Below are positions 1 to 9,435 of a stretch of 18,717 nt of DNA, in pieces. This DNA is from a virus. Its lineage: Duplodnaviria > Heunggongvirae > Uroviricota > Caudoviricetes. A model generated the notes under the pieces. It did not search any database and was not told where the DNA came from. It saw nothing but the letters and a program-made list of their open reading frames with translations. Position numbers and translations under genes: made by a program. The stretch lies in the IMG/VR virus record IMGVR_UViG_2703718806_000010, positions 1-18,717 of that record. One strand, 5' to 3'. How positions within the stretch are numbered: the first letter of the stretch is position 1; each line of letters opens with the position of its first letter.

Positions 1-1164
1 TTATGCTTTCTTTGCATCCTCAAAAACCTCAGGGTGGGACAAATTTGGGACATCGTCACCCAATATGTCGTCAATTTTCCTCGCGTGCTCTGTCAAATGA
101 TTAGGTGCAAGGTGTGCGTACCTACGCACCATTTCGATAGACTCCCAGCCGCCCATTTCCTGAAGTACTGACAGCGGTACACCTGACTGAATTAACCAAC
201 TGGCCCAGGTATGGCGGAGGTCATGAAAACGGAAATTTTCAATTCCTGCCCGACGACATGCTGTTAACCACGATGTGTTATAGTCCAGGCGCATCTTTCT
301 GATGCTTGGTGTCATTGTCCCGTCAGGCCTTCTGGCAGCAGTGGTATAAACAAACACCCAGCGGTGATGTTTGCCTATTTGATCACGCAACACCTTGCAG
401 GCAGTGTCATTCAGTGCGACCCCAATAGCGCGGTTTGACTTACTGTCTTCAGGGTTTACCCAGGCAACACGTCGCTGCATATCGATTTGTTGCCACTCCA
501 GATTAATAATGTTTGATCTCCTCAGGCCAGTTGCCAGTGCAAATTTAACTACAGATTTCAGGGGATCAGAACATGCATCAATGAGTCTCCTGGCTTCTTC
601 TTTTTCCAGCCATCTCACGCGTTTGTTTTTTACGGCAGGTATTTTGATTACAGGTGCTTTTTCAAGCCATTTCCAGTCTCGCTCTGCGGCGCGCAGAATA
701 GCCTTGATCATTGCCAGGTGTGTTGCTTTTGTTTGCGTGCTCACCGATTTAGGTATATAGGCTGGTGGTTCTTTCCCTTTTCTTAATGCAGCCTCCACCT
801 GCAACTTCCATCTCTCCTTTGTTTTTCGGTTATACGCTTTGCTGATAACTGAGTAGATCATTGCCTCCGATATATCCTTAATCCTTATACCCTCGAAATG
901 CTCAATCCAGAATGCGATTCTGGATTTATCGGAATCGATGGATTTCTTGTCGGCTTTTTCCTCAAGCCATCTCAGGCAGGCTTCTTCGAAAGTGACATCT
1001 GGCATATCCCCCAGTTTGTCTACTCGCCAGAGTTCTGCTTTTCGCTTGTCGTGCAACTCCTGAGCTTGCCGCTTGTCCTTTGTGCCAAGAGACTCCTTAA
1101 TTCGCTTCCCGCCCGGGAGCGAGTACGAGGCGTACCATATTTCACCTCTGCGGAAGAGTGACAT
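1..1164 (-). CDS. int: Tyrosine recombinase, phage integrase (P22 Int-like, 387 aa)
   Basis: Complete 387-aa ORF; C-terminal catalytic region with HDLRHT...[20 protein letters not shown] motif typical of lambdoid tyrosine integrases; N-terminus [13 protein letters not shown] resembles P22-type Int (recalled); lies at the prophage end next to xis. Confidence 0.93.
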   Translation of the reverse strand: MSLFRRGEIWYASYSLPGGKRIKESLGTKDKRQAQELHDKRKAELWRVDKLGDMPDVTFEEACLRWLEEKADKKSIDSDKSRIAFWIEHFEGIRIKDISEAMIYSVISKAYNRKTKERWKLQVEAALRKGKEPPAYIPKSVSTQTKATHLAMIKAILRAAERDWKWLEKAPVIKIPAVKNKRVRWLEKEEARRLIDACSDPLKSVVKFALATGLRRSNIINLEWQQIDMQRRVAWVNPEDSKSNRAIGVALNDTACKVLRDQIGKHHRWVFVYTTAARRPDGTMTPSIRKMRLDYNTSWLTACRRAGIENFRFHDLRHTWASWLIQSGVPLSVLQEMGGWESIEMVRRYAHLAPNHLTEHARKIDDILGDDVPNLSHPEVFEDAKKA

Positions 1165-1391
1165 TTTCTTTCCTCTGTTATGCCATCACCCGCGCTCACC
1201 TGGACAGTATGCAGCGGTGAATGAAGTGCTGCAATGCAGGCTTGCCGGGTTGTGAGATAAGGTGATCTTTTACCGGAAGAATTTTTTCGTGTTGCCTGTA
1301 GTCGGCCCGTTCGTATCCAGTTAACAGCTGTTGGCCTTGATATCTTGAGAAACTGACAGGCCTCTTTGAGGGTGATACTGTGTGAATCCAT
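1020..1391 (-). CDS. xis: Excisionase, AlpA/Xis-type HTH (about 123 aa; 3' end overlaps the int start in another frame)
   Basis: Internal ATG at 1389-1391 gives [36 protein letters not shown]..., an AlpA/excisionase-like HTH; immediately upstream of int as in P22/lambda; the long overlap with int makes the exact 3' end uncertain. Confidence 0.7.
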   Translation of the reverse strand: MDSHSITLKEACQFLKISRPTAVNWIRTGRLQATRKNSSGKRSPYLTTRQACIAALHSPLHTVQVSAGDGITEERKCHSSAEVKYGTPRTRSRAGSELRSLLAQRTSGKLRSCTTSEKQNSGE

Positions 1392-1425
1392 ATTTTTGCC
1401 ATTAAAAACCGCCCGAAGGCGGTTG

Positions 1426-1677
1426 TCAGTTGATTGATGTACGTCGCATTTTTCGAAGGCTGGCAATATGCATTTCCTTCTCAATTTCCGCTTTAATCAT
1501 GTGTAGTTCGTTGTGGTCGATTCGCTCAAATTCTTCATTAAATGCACCAATTGAAGTGGCTCTGGTTCTGCCGTCGAGCCTTCGGCAGATCACCTGAGTC
1601 AGAGTTACCTTGCATATTTCTACCGGATAGTTGTTGGCATCAACGAAAGACTGCCCGCGCTGGATAAGAACGAACAC
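1426..1677 (-). CDS. Hypothetical protein (83 aa) between exo and xis
   Basis: GTG start preceded by AAGGAG Shine-Dalgarno at about 9 nt; same strand as the operon; no recognised motif. Confidence 0.5.
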   Translation of the reverse strand: MFVLIQRGQSFVDANNYPVEICKVTLTQVICRRLDGRTRATSIGAFNEEFERIDHNELHMIKAEIEKEMHIASLRKMRRTSIN

Positions 1678-1725
1678 CAGTGGTACTCCTTGATTATCAC
1701 GTCATTTTTACCTCGTTGTTACTGG

Positions 1726-2406
1726 CTATTGCCATTGCTCTCCGAACACAAAGCCAATTTCAGCCAGTGCCTCGTCCATTTTTTCGATGAACTCCGGCAC
1801 CATTTCGTCAAAACCAGCCATATATTTTTCATCCCGTTCGACCACGACATAATGCAGGCCTTCACGCTTCATACGCGGATCATAGTTGGCAAAGTACCAG
1901 GCATCTTTTCGCGTCACCCACATGCTGTACTGCACCTGGGCCATGTAAGCTGACTTTATGGCCTCGAAACCACCGAGCCGGAACTTCATGAAATCCCGTG
2001 AGGTAAATGGGCATTTCAGTTCAAGGCCTTTACCGTCACTGCATAAACCATCGGGAGAGCAGGCTGTACGCATACTTTCGTCGCGATAGATGATCGGGGA
2101 TTCAGTAACATTCACGCCAGAAGTAAACTCAAACAGGGCTCTGGCGTCGTTCTCGTACTGTTTTCCCCATGCCAGGGCTTTGGCGTTAACTTCCGGGACC
2201 ACACCCGTGCAGACCTCAGCCAGCAGGGTGTGGAAGTAGGACATTTTCATGTCAGGCCATTTCTTTCCGGAGCGGGGTTTTGCTATCACGTTGTGAACTT
2301 CTGAAGCTGTGATGACGCCGAGCCGTAATTTTTGCCATGCATCATCTCCCTGTTCGACATTGTTTATGTCAATACCTGTGCGTTGCTGGATAATTTCTGG
2401 TGTCAT
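1726..2406 (-). CDS. exo: Lambda exonuclease (Red-alpha, 226 aa)
   Basis: Near-identical along its length to recalled lambda Exo (MTP.II.QRTGID...[46 protein letters not shown]...); ATGA overlap with the bet stop. Confidence 0.96.
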   Translation of the reverse strand: MTPEIIQQRTGIDINNVEQGDDAWQKLRLGVITASEVHNVIAKPRSGKKWPDMKMSYFHTLLAEVCTGVVPEVNAKALAWGKQYENDARALFEFTSGVNVTESPIIYRDESMRTACSPDGLCSDGKGLELKCPFTSRDFMKFRLGGFEAIKSAYMAQVQYSMWVTRKDAWYFANYDPRMKREGLHYVVVERDEKYMAGFDEMVPEFIEKMDEALAEIGFVFGEQWQ

Positions 2407-3188
2407 GCTGCCACCTTATGCTCTGTGGCTTTCTGTTTAAGGAATCCAAGAGCTTTCACTGCTTCGGCCTGTTTCAGTTCTGACAATGCACGAATGTCGC
2501 GGCGAAATATCTGGGAACAGAGCGGCAATAAGTCGTCATCCCATGTTTTATCCAGGGCGATCAGCAGAGTGTTAATCTCCTGCATGGTTTCATCGTTAAC
2601 CGGAGTGATGTCGCGTTCCGGCTGATGTTCTGCAGTGCATGCGGTATTTTCGACAATGCGCTCGGCTTCATCCTTGTCATAGATACCAGCAAATCCGAAG
2701 GCCAGACGGGCACACTGAATCATGGCTTTATGCCGTAACATCCGTTTGGGATGCGACTGCCACGGTCCGATGATTTCTTTGCCTTCTCGGGTTTTGAATG
2801 GTTCGCGACGGCACTCATCCATCCACTCGGTAACGCAGATCGGATGATTACGGTCCTTGCGGTAAATCCGGCATGTACAGGATTCATTGTCCTGCTCAAA
2901 GTCCATGCCATCAAACTGCTGGTTTTCATTGATGATGCGGGACCAGCCATCAACGCCCACCACCGGAACAATGCCGTTCTGCTTATCAGGGAAGGCGTAA
3001 ATCTCTTTCGTCCACGGATTAAGTCCGTACTGGTTGGCGACGATCAGCAGCGCGATGAATTGCGCATCGCTGGCATTACCTTTAAATGCCGTCTGGCGAA
3101 GAGTGGCGATCAGTTCCTGCGGGTCGACAGAATCCATGCCGACGCGTTCAGCCAGCTTTCCGGCCAGTGTTGCAAGTGCTGTACTCAT
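2403..3188 (-). CDS. bet: Bet single-strand annealing protein (Red-beta, 261 aa)
   Basis: Near-identical to recalled lambda Bet ([27 protein letters not shown]...[15 protein letters not shown]...), same length 261 aa. Confidence 0.96.
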   Translation of the reverse strand: MSTALATLAGKLAERVGMDSVDPQELIATLRQTAFKGNASDAQFIALLIVANQYGLNPWTKEIYAFPDKQNGIVPVVGVDGWSRIINENQQFDGMDFEQDNESCTCRIYRKDRNHPICVTEWMDECRREPFKTREGKEIIGPWQSHPKRMLRHKAMIQCARLAFGFAGIYDKDEAERIVENTACTAEHQPERDITPVNDETMQEINTLLIALDKTWDDDLLPLCSQIFRRDIRALSELKQAEAVKALGFLKQKATEHKVAA

Positions 3189-3193
3189 TCGTT

Positions 3194-3493
3194 TTATACC
3201 TCTGAATCAATATCAACCTGGTGACGAGCAATGGTTTCAACCATGTACCGGATGTGCTCAGCCACGCGTTCCTGAAATTCAACATCGTCATCAAATGCGC
3301 GACTGATTGCCTGTTTGCTGGCACCGTGGCGTTGCAAATGGTCGATGCAGAGCGATTCAAACAGGTGCTGGGGCAGACCTTTTTCCAGGTCGTCCGCCAG
3401 CGCCGTTTCTTTTTCTTCGCGAACGATTTGCTGGTAGTGGCGTGACCATGCCTGCTCTTCAATGCGATCAAAAATTGGGCATGTACTCATCAT
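3194..3493 (-). CDS. gam: Gam, RecBCD inhibitor (short form, about 98 aa)
   Basis: Matches lambda Gam core ...[39 protein letters not shown]...[30 protein letters not shown]; directly upstream of bet. Confidence 0.9.
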   Translation of the reverse strand: MMSTCPIFDRIEEQAWSRHYQQIVREEKETALADDLEKGLPQHLFESLCIDHLQRHGASKQAISRAFDDDVEFQERVAEHIRYMVETIARHQVDIDSEV

Positions 3494-5522
3494 CCGTCAC
3501 CCCAAAATTTTCAAGTTTGTTTGCAATCATCATTGCAATACCCGGAATTAATGGCGCTGAGGCTATACCTGCAGGATTCGCACATAAACCGTAAACCGCC
3601 GCAATCACCACTTGTCTTTTCCAGTCGAGTTTTTCTAATGATGAAGCTGCTGCTTCGCCAGTTTCATCACTGCAATCGCGATGCGGATCGCTGTCAGCGT
3701 TCTCCTTGTGCGGATGTTCAGCACCTTCCATTTCCTCCAGACCTTTTTCCTGATATTCATTCTGATTTTCTTCATTAAAGGTTTTCTGATACGTTGCGTC
3801 GCCCATCACCGCGCCACAGTCAGGACAGTTGCCGCCGCCAGCCTTACCGCAGGCGGTGCAAACTTTCTCCGTTTCTACTGGCTCAGGCTGTTTCGTTTCT
3901 GGCTCGTTTTGTTGCGTATTTGGGTCGTTCTGTTCCGTTTCTGGCTGATTCTGGTACACAGAGTCGCGGGTCTGGATCCCCTTAACCCATTTCGGATCAT
4001 TCGGGTCGCTAATCCCTTCAACAAATTCTCCGCGAGAGGCAGCCAGTAATTTATCTGCATCGACAGGATTTTTGGGCGGAATGTTTTTCCGGGCTTCATG
4101 GAGTTCTGCCCGCAGTTTCTGATATTTCGCATCAACAGAATTTACCTGTGACTGAGCATCCAGCGGCTGCGTGTCCTGATGATGTTCAGTTGCATCCGGT
4201 TCCACTGTTTCAGCCGTTGCCTGTTCATCTGCCATTGCGCAAGATGGTTGCAGTTTTTCTTCATCATCCTGTTTTTCTTCTTCTGTTACACGCTGCGGTA
4301 TCGGGGCAGAGGAGCGACCGCAGGCAATATCCACGATTTCCGGATCAGGGTTGGCATGATCGGTTTCGGTCAACACTTTGTTGAGATATTCAGTCACGCG
4401 CGCCGGGATAGCCTCAATGCCGATTGGTGCTTCTTTCACGGAAGCCACCACAATGGCGCGGGAATAATCCAGCCCACCGGGCATGGCGATGAATTTGTCA
4501 CGGAAAACAGAAAAGGGCGGTTTATTCTCTGCAACGATTTCTTCAACGCGTTTTGCATGTGCAGGGTGCAGGTTATAAATATCCACATCCATTGAACGGG
4601 CCAGAACGCCAGTGGCAATGTCTCGCGCCAGTGATGCCTGATTGTGGGTAAAGCCTTCGCCACGATCGGTAAGATTTCCGCCGCCAGCGTTAGCACCGGA
4701 AGGCGTACGGGTGATGCCTGTAACACAATTTCCTTTCTGCCATTCTTTTGTCAGCAATCCCTGATCCACATAGTCTGTTTTCATCCAGGTGGAGATGAAC
4801 TTGTCGAATTCGGCCGGGCCGATATGACGGGTTGTTGAGTGAGAGAATGCCTTTCCAACGGATTGTGCCAGTCTTCCCAGATGATAATTCGTCAGCTTAT
4901 CCAGTTCTGGATGTGAACGCACAGCAGTAAGCAGGCTCTGAAGGTAACTGTCTTCTGTGTCCATCTCCAGACGAATCACCTGATTACGTTGTTCTGGTGT
5001 GGCGTGATGCCGGTATTTTCCATCTTCATCCTTGCTGAAGAAGAAGAGGTGAAGGAAGCGATGAGTAAGGCTCAGAGTGGCGACGGGAATTTCACACTCA
5101 GAACAGTTATCGTCGCTGTCCGGGGATTCGCTTTTCTCCACATCATCCGGAATAGTTCCGTCCAGGTTATCGTTGTCATCGCCAGCAGTTGTGGCATCTT
5201 CACCGTTGATGTTGTCATCGAAGGGGATAGCCATCATGGTGATGCCATCGTTACCGCCTTTTTCATAGCGGTTGCAGAATTCAGTATCAAACACGCCTTC
5301 CGGTGGAAGGTCATTCACGACGGGGAAATTTACGCGAACGGGTTTTTTGAAATCATCCTCGTCGTGGCCTGCATCGTCCATGGCTGCAATGCAGCGGGAA
5401 ACTGCGACAGAAAGTTTTCTGGCCTCGGTCCAGAAAAAACCGCCTTTGATGCCAAGGCGTTTTCTGACTTTATCGTTTTTTGCTTCGCAGTGTAGTGCAA
5501 AAGTCTGTTTATCAGCGCTCAT
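3468..5522 (-). CDS. Large hypothetical protein (684 aa): strongly acidic, D/E-rich low-complexity linkers, CxxC-N9-CxxC zinc-ribbon-like motif, C-terminal hydrophobic segment
   Basis: Uninterrupted 2 kb ORF on the operon strand with GAGG-like RBS; acidic tracts around residues 100-145 and 410-450; heptad-like repeat [21 protein letters not shown] at residues about 524-550 (nt about 3872-3953); [16 protein letters not shown] at nt about 3812-3860; hydrophobic stretch at nt about 3512-3614. Confidence 0.75.
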   Translation of the reverse strand: MSADKQTFALHCEAKNDKVRKRLGIKGGFFWTEARKLSVAVSRCIAAMDDAGHDEDDFKKPVRVNFPVVNDLPPEGVFDTEFCNRYEKGGNDGITMMAIPFDDNINGEDATTAGDDNDNLDGTIPDDVEKSESPDSDDNCSECEIPVATLSLTHRFLHLFFFSKDEDGKYRHHATPEQRNQVIRLEMDTEDSYLQSLLTAVRSHPELDKLTNYHLGRLAQSVGKAFSHSTTRHIGPAEFDKFISTWMKTDYVDQGLLTKEWQKGNCVTGITRTPSGANAGGGNLTDRGEGFTHNQASLARDIATGVLARSMDVDIYNLHPAHAKRVEEIVAENKPPFSVFRDKFIAMPGGLDYSRAIVVASVKEAPIGIEAIPARVTEYLNKVLTETDHANPDPEIVDIACGRSSAPIPQRVTEEEKQDDEEKLQPSCAMADEQATAETVEPDATEHHQDTQPLDAQSQVNSVDAKYQKLRAELHEARKNIPPKNPVDADKLLAASRGEFVEGISDPNDPKWVKGIQTRDSVYQNQPETEQNDPNTQQNEPETKQPEPVETEKVCTACGKAGGGNCPDCGAVMGDATYQKTFNEENQNEYQEKGLEEMEGAEHPHKENADSDPHRDCSDETGEAAASSLEKLDWKRQVVIAAVYGLCANPAGIASAPLIPGIAMMIANKLENFGVTDDEYMPNF

Positions 5523-5629
5523 TGTATTTAAACCTCTGGCTGGATTAGAATAAGCGACCCTTTGTCTGATTTCTCCGAATACAGTGACGCAGGAGGAAAT
5601 CCGGTAGCCTGCGCTGCCGGATTTTTATT

Positions 5630-6016
5630 TCAGTGAAAGGTTGCCTGGTTTGCTGTTTTGTGAGTTGTTTTTTCCTTTTCGTGCTGGCATTCAGGGCAGT
5701 CGCACTCAGAATTTTCTCTTGCAAACTCAAGAGCCAGCGCCAGTTCATGGATTTGTTGTGCTTCAATGTTGCTTCTGACGACTTCACATGCGGCATGAAT
5801 ATATGGGCTTGGTGTTTTGCCATTTAACCCACATGAAACCAAACGACTGTCTTTATATTCGTTATTTCCAACTTCTGTAAGCACTGAAAAAGAAAATACA
5901 TAGTCGATTTTGTATTCTTTGCATATTTTACTGATGCGGTTTGCAATTTCATTAAGTTCATTTACTGCTGTCTTTTCGGTTTCAGAAAAGATTTGGTCAG
6001 GATTAAGTTCTTTCAC
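5630..6016 (-). CDS. Hypothetical protein (128 aa) with C-terminal Cys cluster (CDCPEC); 5' half lies in AT-rich DNA
   Basis: GTG start at 6014-6016 with AGGA Shine-Dalgarno about 7-8 nt upstream; ORF in operon orientation; marked drop in GC over about 5830-6270. Confidence 0.55.
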   Translation of the reverse strand: MKELNPDQIFSETEKTAVNELNEIANRISKICKEYKIDYVFSFSVLTEVGNNEYKDSRLVSCGLNGKTPSPYIHAACEVVRSNIEAQQIHELALALEFARENSECDCPECQHEKEKTTHKTANQATFH

Positions 6017-6266
6017 TTTATATGTCCTTTTTTTAAGGCCTATGGTGCTGTTATATCTGGCATGAAACTGAATTGTCTGAATATCAAGTTGAGGGGTTAG
6101 AGTTCATGTGCCATCTGGTCATTTTCGGCGCATTGCTTACTGCAATATTGCCGCTCTTCGGTTACGGGGATTGTGCCTTTCATAAAATGAAGATGACTTT
6201 TAACGGATTTGGTTTGTTCGGTTTCCTTATTGCAGAGATGGTAGGCACATTTTATTTTTACATTTA

Positions 6267-6488
6267 TCACCATGACTCCGCTTTTACAGGTAAACCATCA
6301 CGTCCGAGGAAGACTTTAATCATGCAATCGGTAATGCATGTTTTTGTCGTGAAGTTACGAATATAGAGTTTTCTCTTTTCAATATTGTTTGCTGAAGCGA
6401 TATATGTGCGGCCTTCATGAAGAACATAATCGCCAGGTGTCACGCACTGACGTGGTATTTCATCAGTTCCGAAGTGATGAGCAATCAT
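6267..6488 (-). CDS. kil: Kil-like small protein (73 aa from the internal ATG), probable host cell-division inhibitor (KilR family, by recall)
   Basis: ATG at 6486-6488 preceded by GGAGA Shine-Dalgarno; sequence [45 protein letters not shown]... resembles my recollection of Rac KilR (73 aa); sits at the kil position between gam and N. Confidence 0.5.
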   Translation of the reverse strand: MIAHHFGTDEIPRQCVTPGDYVLHEGRTYIASANNIEKRKLYIRNFTTKTCITDCMIKVFLGRDGLPVKAESW

Positions 6489-6664
6489 AATTATCTCCAT
6501 TTTCACAAATGAATTTTGTTGATGTGGTGCCTGGTGCCTCCAGGTGACGTTAACCAGTTAACAATTAACGCCGGAGCAGGGGATGATGATTTTCCGTGAC
6601 ATCCTGTCGGTTTAACTGTTCCGCGTGCGCATAGCCGCATTCACCGCATCATAAAATTCACTTT

Positions 6665-6706
6665 AAAAAAGGGCGGACATCAGCAATCGGCAAACCGATG
6701 TCCGCC
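6665..6706 (-). terminator. Rho-independent terminator in the leftward operon (tL-like), between the 118-aa gene and kil
   Basis: Perfect 10-bp inverted repeat GGCGGACATC...GATGTCCGCC (6672-6681 / 6697-6706) followed on the minus strand by TTTTTTAAAG (plus-strand A-run 6665-6670). Confidence 0.65.
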
Positions 6707-6819
6707 AAAGAGGATATTGATACATGGATGTTGCAGCGGGGTTGTCACTCAGGCGTCTGGGGCGATTTCCATTATTTACGATGCACTTGAAACATTCCTT
6801 GATCGAAAACTTTCATCTG

Positions 6820-7176
6820 TCACCGACGGAACATCGAGTAAGCAATAACATTTAACACACACTCTAAATAACAAGGGGTGGGCTTGATGCCGTTCTTTTC
6901 AAGCTCACTCGTAATCACCTCCAGAAGTCGTGCGCCCATGAGAATTGTCTTGTGGGATGAAGCTATTACGCCGTCGCTGATATTGCTGTTTATTTCTATT
7001 GCTTCATTTTCACCATTCGCGCTAACTTCGGATATGTTATTTTCACTCTCCTGTTTCAGTGCTTTTTCTGCCATCCGGATGCGTTCCTGCGTTGCGGAGT
7101 TTGGGCTAAGTCGATAAACCTGTCTGGCATCTTCCAGAAGCAGGGCGATAATGTGCTTCAGTTCTGTTTCGTTCAT
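6820..7176 (-). CDS. Hypothetical protein (118 aa from ATG at 7174-7176)
   Basis: ATG with GGAG Shine-Dalgarno 7 nt upstream; the longer ORF start at 7197 is a TTG without RBS; no recognised domain. Confidence 0.6.
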   Translation of the reverse strand: MNETELKHIIALLLEDARQVYRLSPNSATQERIRMAEKALKQESENNISEVSANGENEAIEINSNISDGVIASSHKTILMGARLLEVITSELEKNGIKPTPCYLECVLNVIAYSMFRR

Positions 7177-7207
7177 AGTTAACTCCGGTAGTTGCAATTT
7201 ATTAATA

Positions 7208-7921
7208 TCAGGCGGTCAGCTCTTTAAGCTTCTGAACTGCTTTATTCATTTCATCCATACAGTCGATGAATTCGTCCAGTTTAAGCTGCATTTTTCCGGC
7301 GGCCTGAAGAATTTCAAGTTTTAAGGGCGCAAGTTTTTTGTTGAATACATCATCTTCCTGGCGTTTTTTCTCCGCAATTTCGGCGGCTTTCAGCAATTCT
7401 TCCGCCTGCTTTCTGAGTATTTCTGGTGAAGGTGAAACTGCTTTTAGGTTATTCATTTCAGGTTCCTGTTGTTGCAGAATTAATTTGTTGCATTCTCTGC
7501 GTGAGCGTTTCATTGCAGATTCGCACTTCTTGCAATAAATGGCTCTCCCGTCACGTTTGCTTGCATCTGAATAAAAATCATCGACTGATTTTGTCTGCCC
7601 GCATTTGGTACATAATTTTGATTGAAGGTCCTTAATGATTGTGACGTTTCCTTCCCGTTTGGGATATCCATATTTTTTGTGGCGGAAAAAGGTTACTCCG
7701 TTACCAGAACCTTCTTTTCTGACCTTAAATACAATGATGCTTTCCCGTTTATCGATAAAATCGATGAGCTGGTTTCTCTCTTTTCCTGACAGTTCGGCAA
7801 ACGTCTTAACTTTTTTTGTAACCTCCGTAAGGCGAACACCATCAGGCATTTTTTCAACGAAGTTTTTAATCTCTGCAAGCGGACGCCATAATTTTTGCGG
7901 CAAAACTGAAGGCGTGGTCAT
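7208..7921 (-). CDS. Hypothetical protein (237 aa) with CxxC...CxxC zinc-ribbon-like motif and Lys/Glu-rich C-terminal predicted coiled coil
   Basis: ATG at 7919-7921 three nt after the N stop codon (translational coupling); CTKCGQ...CKKCE motif; charged helical tail. Confidence 0.7.
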   Translation of the reverse strand: MTTPSVLPQKLWRPLAEIKNFVEKMPDGVRLTEVTKKVKTFAELSGKERNQLIDFIDKRESIIVFKVRKEGSGNGVTFFRHKKYGYPKREGNVTIIKDLQSKLCTKCGQTKSVDDFYSDASKRDGRAIYCKKCESAMKRSRRECNKLILQQQEPEMNNLKAVSPSPEILRKQAEELLKAAEIAEKKRQEDDVFNKKLAPLKLEILQAAGKMQLKLDEFIDCMDEMNKAVQKLKELTA

Positions 7922-7924
7922 CAA

Positions 7925-8197
7925 TCACCTCGCTGTTATTATTCCTGATTTGCGATAGCCAGCTGCGTAAAGTGCAGTGTTTGGAAGACAAGTAGAGCCT
8001 TCATATTTTCTGGTTAATGTCGTTATCGTGACTACTTCAGCTCGCATTGCGGCTTTGCGTTTGCACTGTAAGTACACCCGTGAAGGTGTGGGGCGGTGCA
8101 GTTTATCAGCGCTTGATGCCTCCAGACCCTGAAACTCGGCCCTGCGTGCTCTGCGGCGGGAAGCTGCGGTGCCTTTAAATTCTGTTTTTCTGGACAT
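7925..8197 (-). CDS. N: N-type transcription antiterminator (P22 gene 24-like, 90 aa) with N-terminal arginine-rich motif
   Basis: ATG at 8195-8197; N-terminal ARM SRRRARRAEF; C-terminus ...ALYAAGYRKSGIITAR resembles recalled P22 N (...ALYAAGHRKSKQITAR); first gene downstream of nutL and candidate pL. Confidence 0.8.
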   Translation of the reverse strand: MSRKTEFKGTAASRRRARRAEFQGLEASSADKLHRPTPSRVYLQCKRKAAMRAEVVTITTLTRKYEGSTCLPNTALYAAGYRKSGIITAR

Positions 8198-8295
8198 AGA
8201 TTTCCCCCGAATAAACTTTGGCGATGCAATCTCGAAGCCTCCCCTGAGATGATTGCTTCGGCATTGCACCCGACAGCTTATGCGGTTGGGCGATC

Positions 8296-8342
8296 TGGCT
8301 TTGCAGCCACGTAGTCGAGTGTTCGACGTTGTTTAAAGAGCT
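8296..8342 (-). promoter_or_regulatory. nutL site: boxA-like AGCTCTTTAAACAA plus two hairpins (GTCGA-ACAC-TCGAC and boxB-like TGGCT-GCAA-AGCCA)
   Basis: Minus-strand read AGCTCTTTAAACAA-C-GTCGAACACTCGAC-TACG-TGGCTGCAAAGCCA; matches boxA consensus CGCTCTTTAACAA; same architecture as nutR at 9690-9733. Confidence 0.6.
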
Positions 8343-8388
8343 TTCCAATTGGGGCCGCGTTGTTATCGGTGACCTGTTGGCAAAATGA

Positions 8389-8416
8389 TTATTAACTGCT
8401 GGTTAGCGTTAGTCAA
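8389..8416 (-). promoter_or_regulatory. Candidate pL promoter (TTGACT-N16-TAATAA on the minus strand)
   Basis: -35 TTGACT (plus 8411-8416) and -10 TAATAA (plus 8389-8394) about 40 nt upstream of nutL boxA; AT-rich; operators not resolved. Confidence 0.35.
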
Positions 8417-8555
8417 TAACCAAAAGTTAAAATTATTGTGGGAGAATTCTATGTTTTTGATTTTTAGTTAATTATTATTGCTTGTTCGGTGAGCGACGGT
8501 TATCAAGTATGAAGGGGTATAGAAGCTAGGATAGATGAGTTTTGGCTAGCTGGGT

Positions 8556-8582
8556 TAATAAAAACCCGGCTCTGAGGCCGGG
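8556..8582 (-). terminator. Rho-independent terminator downstream of cI
   Basis: Minus-strand read CCCGGC-CTCAGA-GCCGGG followed by TTTTTATTAAC, 11 nt after the cI stop codon. Confidence 0.6.
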
Positions 8583-8592
8583 GGGAGAGGGG

Positions 8593-9363
8593 CTAAAGCA
8601 GAACTGAATACCAGAAAACTTTTCCGATAATCTCCACGCTTTGAGTATCTGCTTCTTCGTCAGGGTACTCTTCACTGTTATAACTGCGTATGATTAGCTT
8701 TCCACCGGGGCGTCTGTACAATAGTTTTATACGCTTCAGTTTTTCATCACCGACACCAGGCTGTGCGATGGCGTAGAGTTTGCCGTCAACAATACGTTTG
8801 TTGTTTGTGTCTACTGCGATTGTTGTTCCATCTGGTATCACGGGCTCCATGCTATCACCAGTAGCCGGAAAACAAAGCACACCAGAACCATCACTGTTAG
8901 CTCCGACACGGCGCAGGGTTGCTTTTGAGAAGCGTAATTTAAAACCATTATGATCTTCGCAATGAACTCTTCCGTCACCGCATGCAAACTCAATGTCTTT
9001 CAGATATGGCACCTCAACTTCATCATCTCGTAGTGGTGTATTTCTGTCCCAAGTTTCAAGGGAACCCCATTCTGATTCGTTTGGAATTGAAGGTCGCTGT
9101 TTTACGGATGGCTCGTTACTGCCATACTCCAACCACTCCGGCTTCACGGAAAGCCAGTCACTAAGTGCCAAAATACTTGTTTTTTCTGGAATTGATGCAG
9201 AATTAAGCCATTTCCAGATCCCCGGTTCAGAGATATCAATGCCTCGCAGTTTCATTGCATTCTGAATCCGCTTAGCCTGACCGCGTCCGCCCACGCCTGC
9301 ATCTAATAATGCCTGTAGTAGTCTCTTTGAGAACGCTTCTTTTAGTTCATCTTTTTTAACCAT
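8593..9363 (-). CDS. cI: cI-like prophage repressor (256 aa): N-terminal HTH, C-terminal LexA/S24 peptidase autocleavage domain
   Basis: C-terminal GDSMEP (catalytic Ser) and downstream Lys in the S24-like fold; N-terminal HTH; divergent from cro; the ATG sits immediately after a GATAAT -10 element, consistent with a leaderless pRM transcript. Confidence 0.88.
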   Translation of the reverse strand: MVKKDELKEAFSKRLLQALLDAGVGGRGQAKRIQNAMKLRGIDISEPGIWKWLNSASIPEKTSILALSDWLSVKPEWLEYGSNEPSVKQRPSIPNESEWGSLETWDRNTPLRDDEVEVPYLKDIEFACGDGRVHCEDHNGFKLRFSKATLRRVGANSDGSGVLCFPATGDSMEPVIPDGTTIAVDTNNKRIVDGKLYAIAQPGVGDEKLKRIKLLYRRPGGKLIIRSYNSEEYPDEEADTQSVEIIGKVFWYSVLL

Positions 9364-9435
9364 ACGTTAATTATCAAACATAGTTGACATAACTGTCAGC
9401 TAATAGTTAACATTAACTCGAAGTTAACTAAATTA
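9364..9435. promoter_or_regulatory. OR region: divergent pRM/pR promoters with dyad operator candidates
   Basis: 72-bp cI-cro intergenic; rightward TTGACA (9384-9389) -N18- TAACAT; leftward CTGACA -N18- GATAAT then cI ATG; dyads TGACAtaacTGTCA (9385-9398), AGTTAAcaTTAACT (9405-9418), TTAACTcgaAGTTAA (9413-9427). Confidence 0.5.

Noticed and set aside
762..769. Chi octamer GCTGGTGG on the plus strand inside int
   Set aside because: A single 8-mer occurrence is expected by chance in about 19 kb; no clustering or orientation pattern to suggest function.
395..1255. Plus-strand ORFs (121, 87 and 60 aa) antisense to int and xis
   Set aside because: They lie wholly inside the well-supported integrase and excisionase genes on the opposite strand, have low-complexity Ser/Leu-rich translations and no RBS; typical antisense shadow ORFs.
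1196..1402. Alternative 68-aa minus-strand ORF in the xis region
   Set aside because: Different frame from the AlpA-like HTH reading frame; the translation has no excisionase features.
2720..3224. ORFs of 83 and 157 aa overlapping bet on both strands
   Set aside because: Embedded in the near-full-length Bet homolog; they are shadow frames.
3521..5553. Multiple plus-strand ORFs (up to 168 aa) antisense to the 684-aa gene
   Set aside because: Repetitive low-complexity translations mirroring the acidic tracts of the sense gene; no RBS or conservation argument. Only the terminator-like hairpin at 5601-5630 was kept as an observation.
6660..6820. DicF-like small RNA upstream of kil, by analogy with dicF-dicB in Qin
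   Set aside because: I could find no match to the DicF sequence as I recall it; the hairpin is fully explained as an intrinsic terminator after the upstream gene. A small RNA here cannot be supported from sequence alone.
7925..8269. Longer 114-aa version of the N ORF starting at 8269
   Set aside because: The extension has no RBS and would put the start close to the nutL hairpins; the internal ATG at 8197 gives the expected about 90-aa N with an N-terminal arginine-rich motif.
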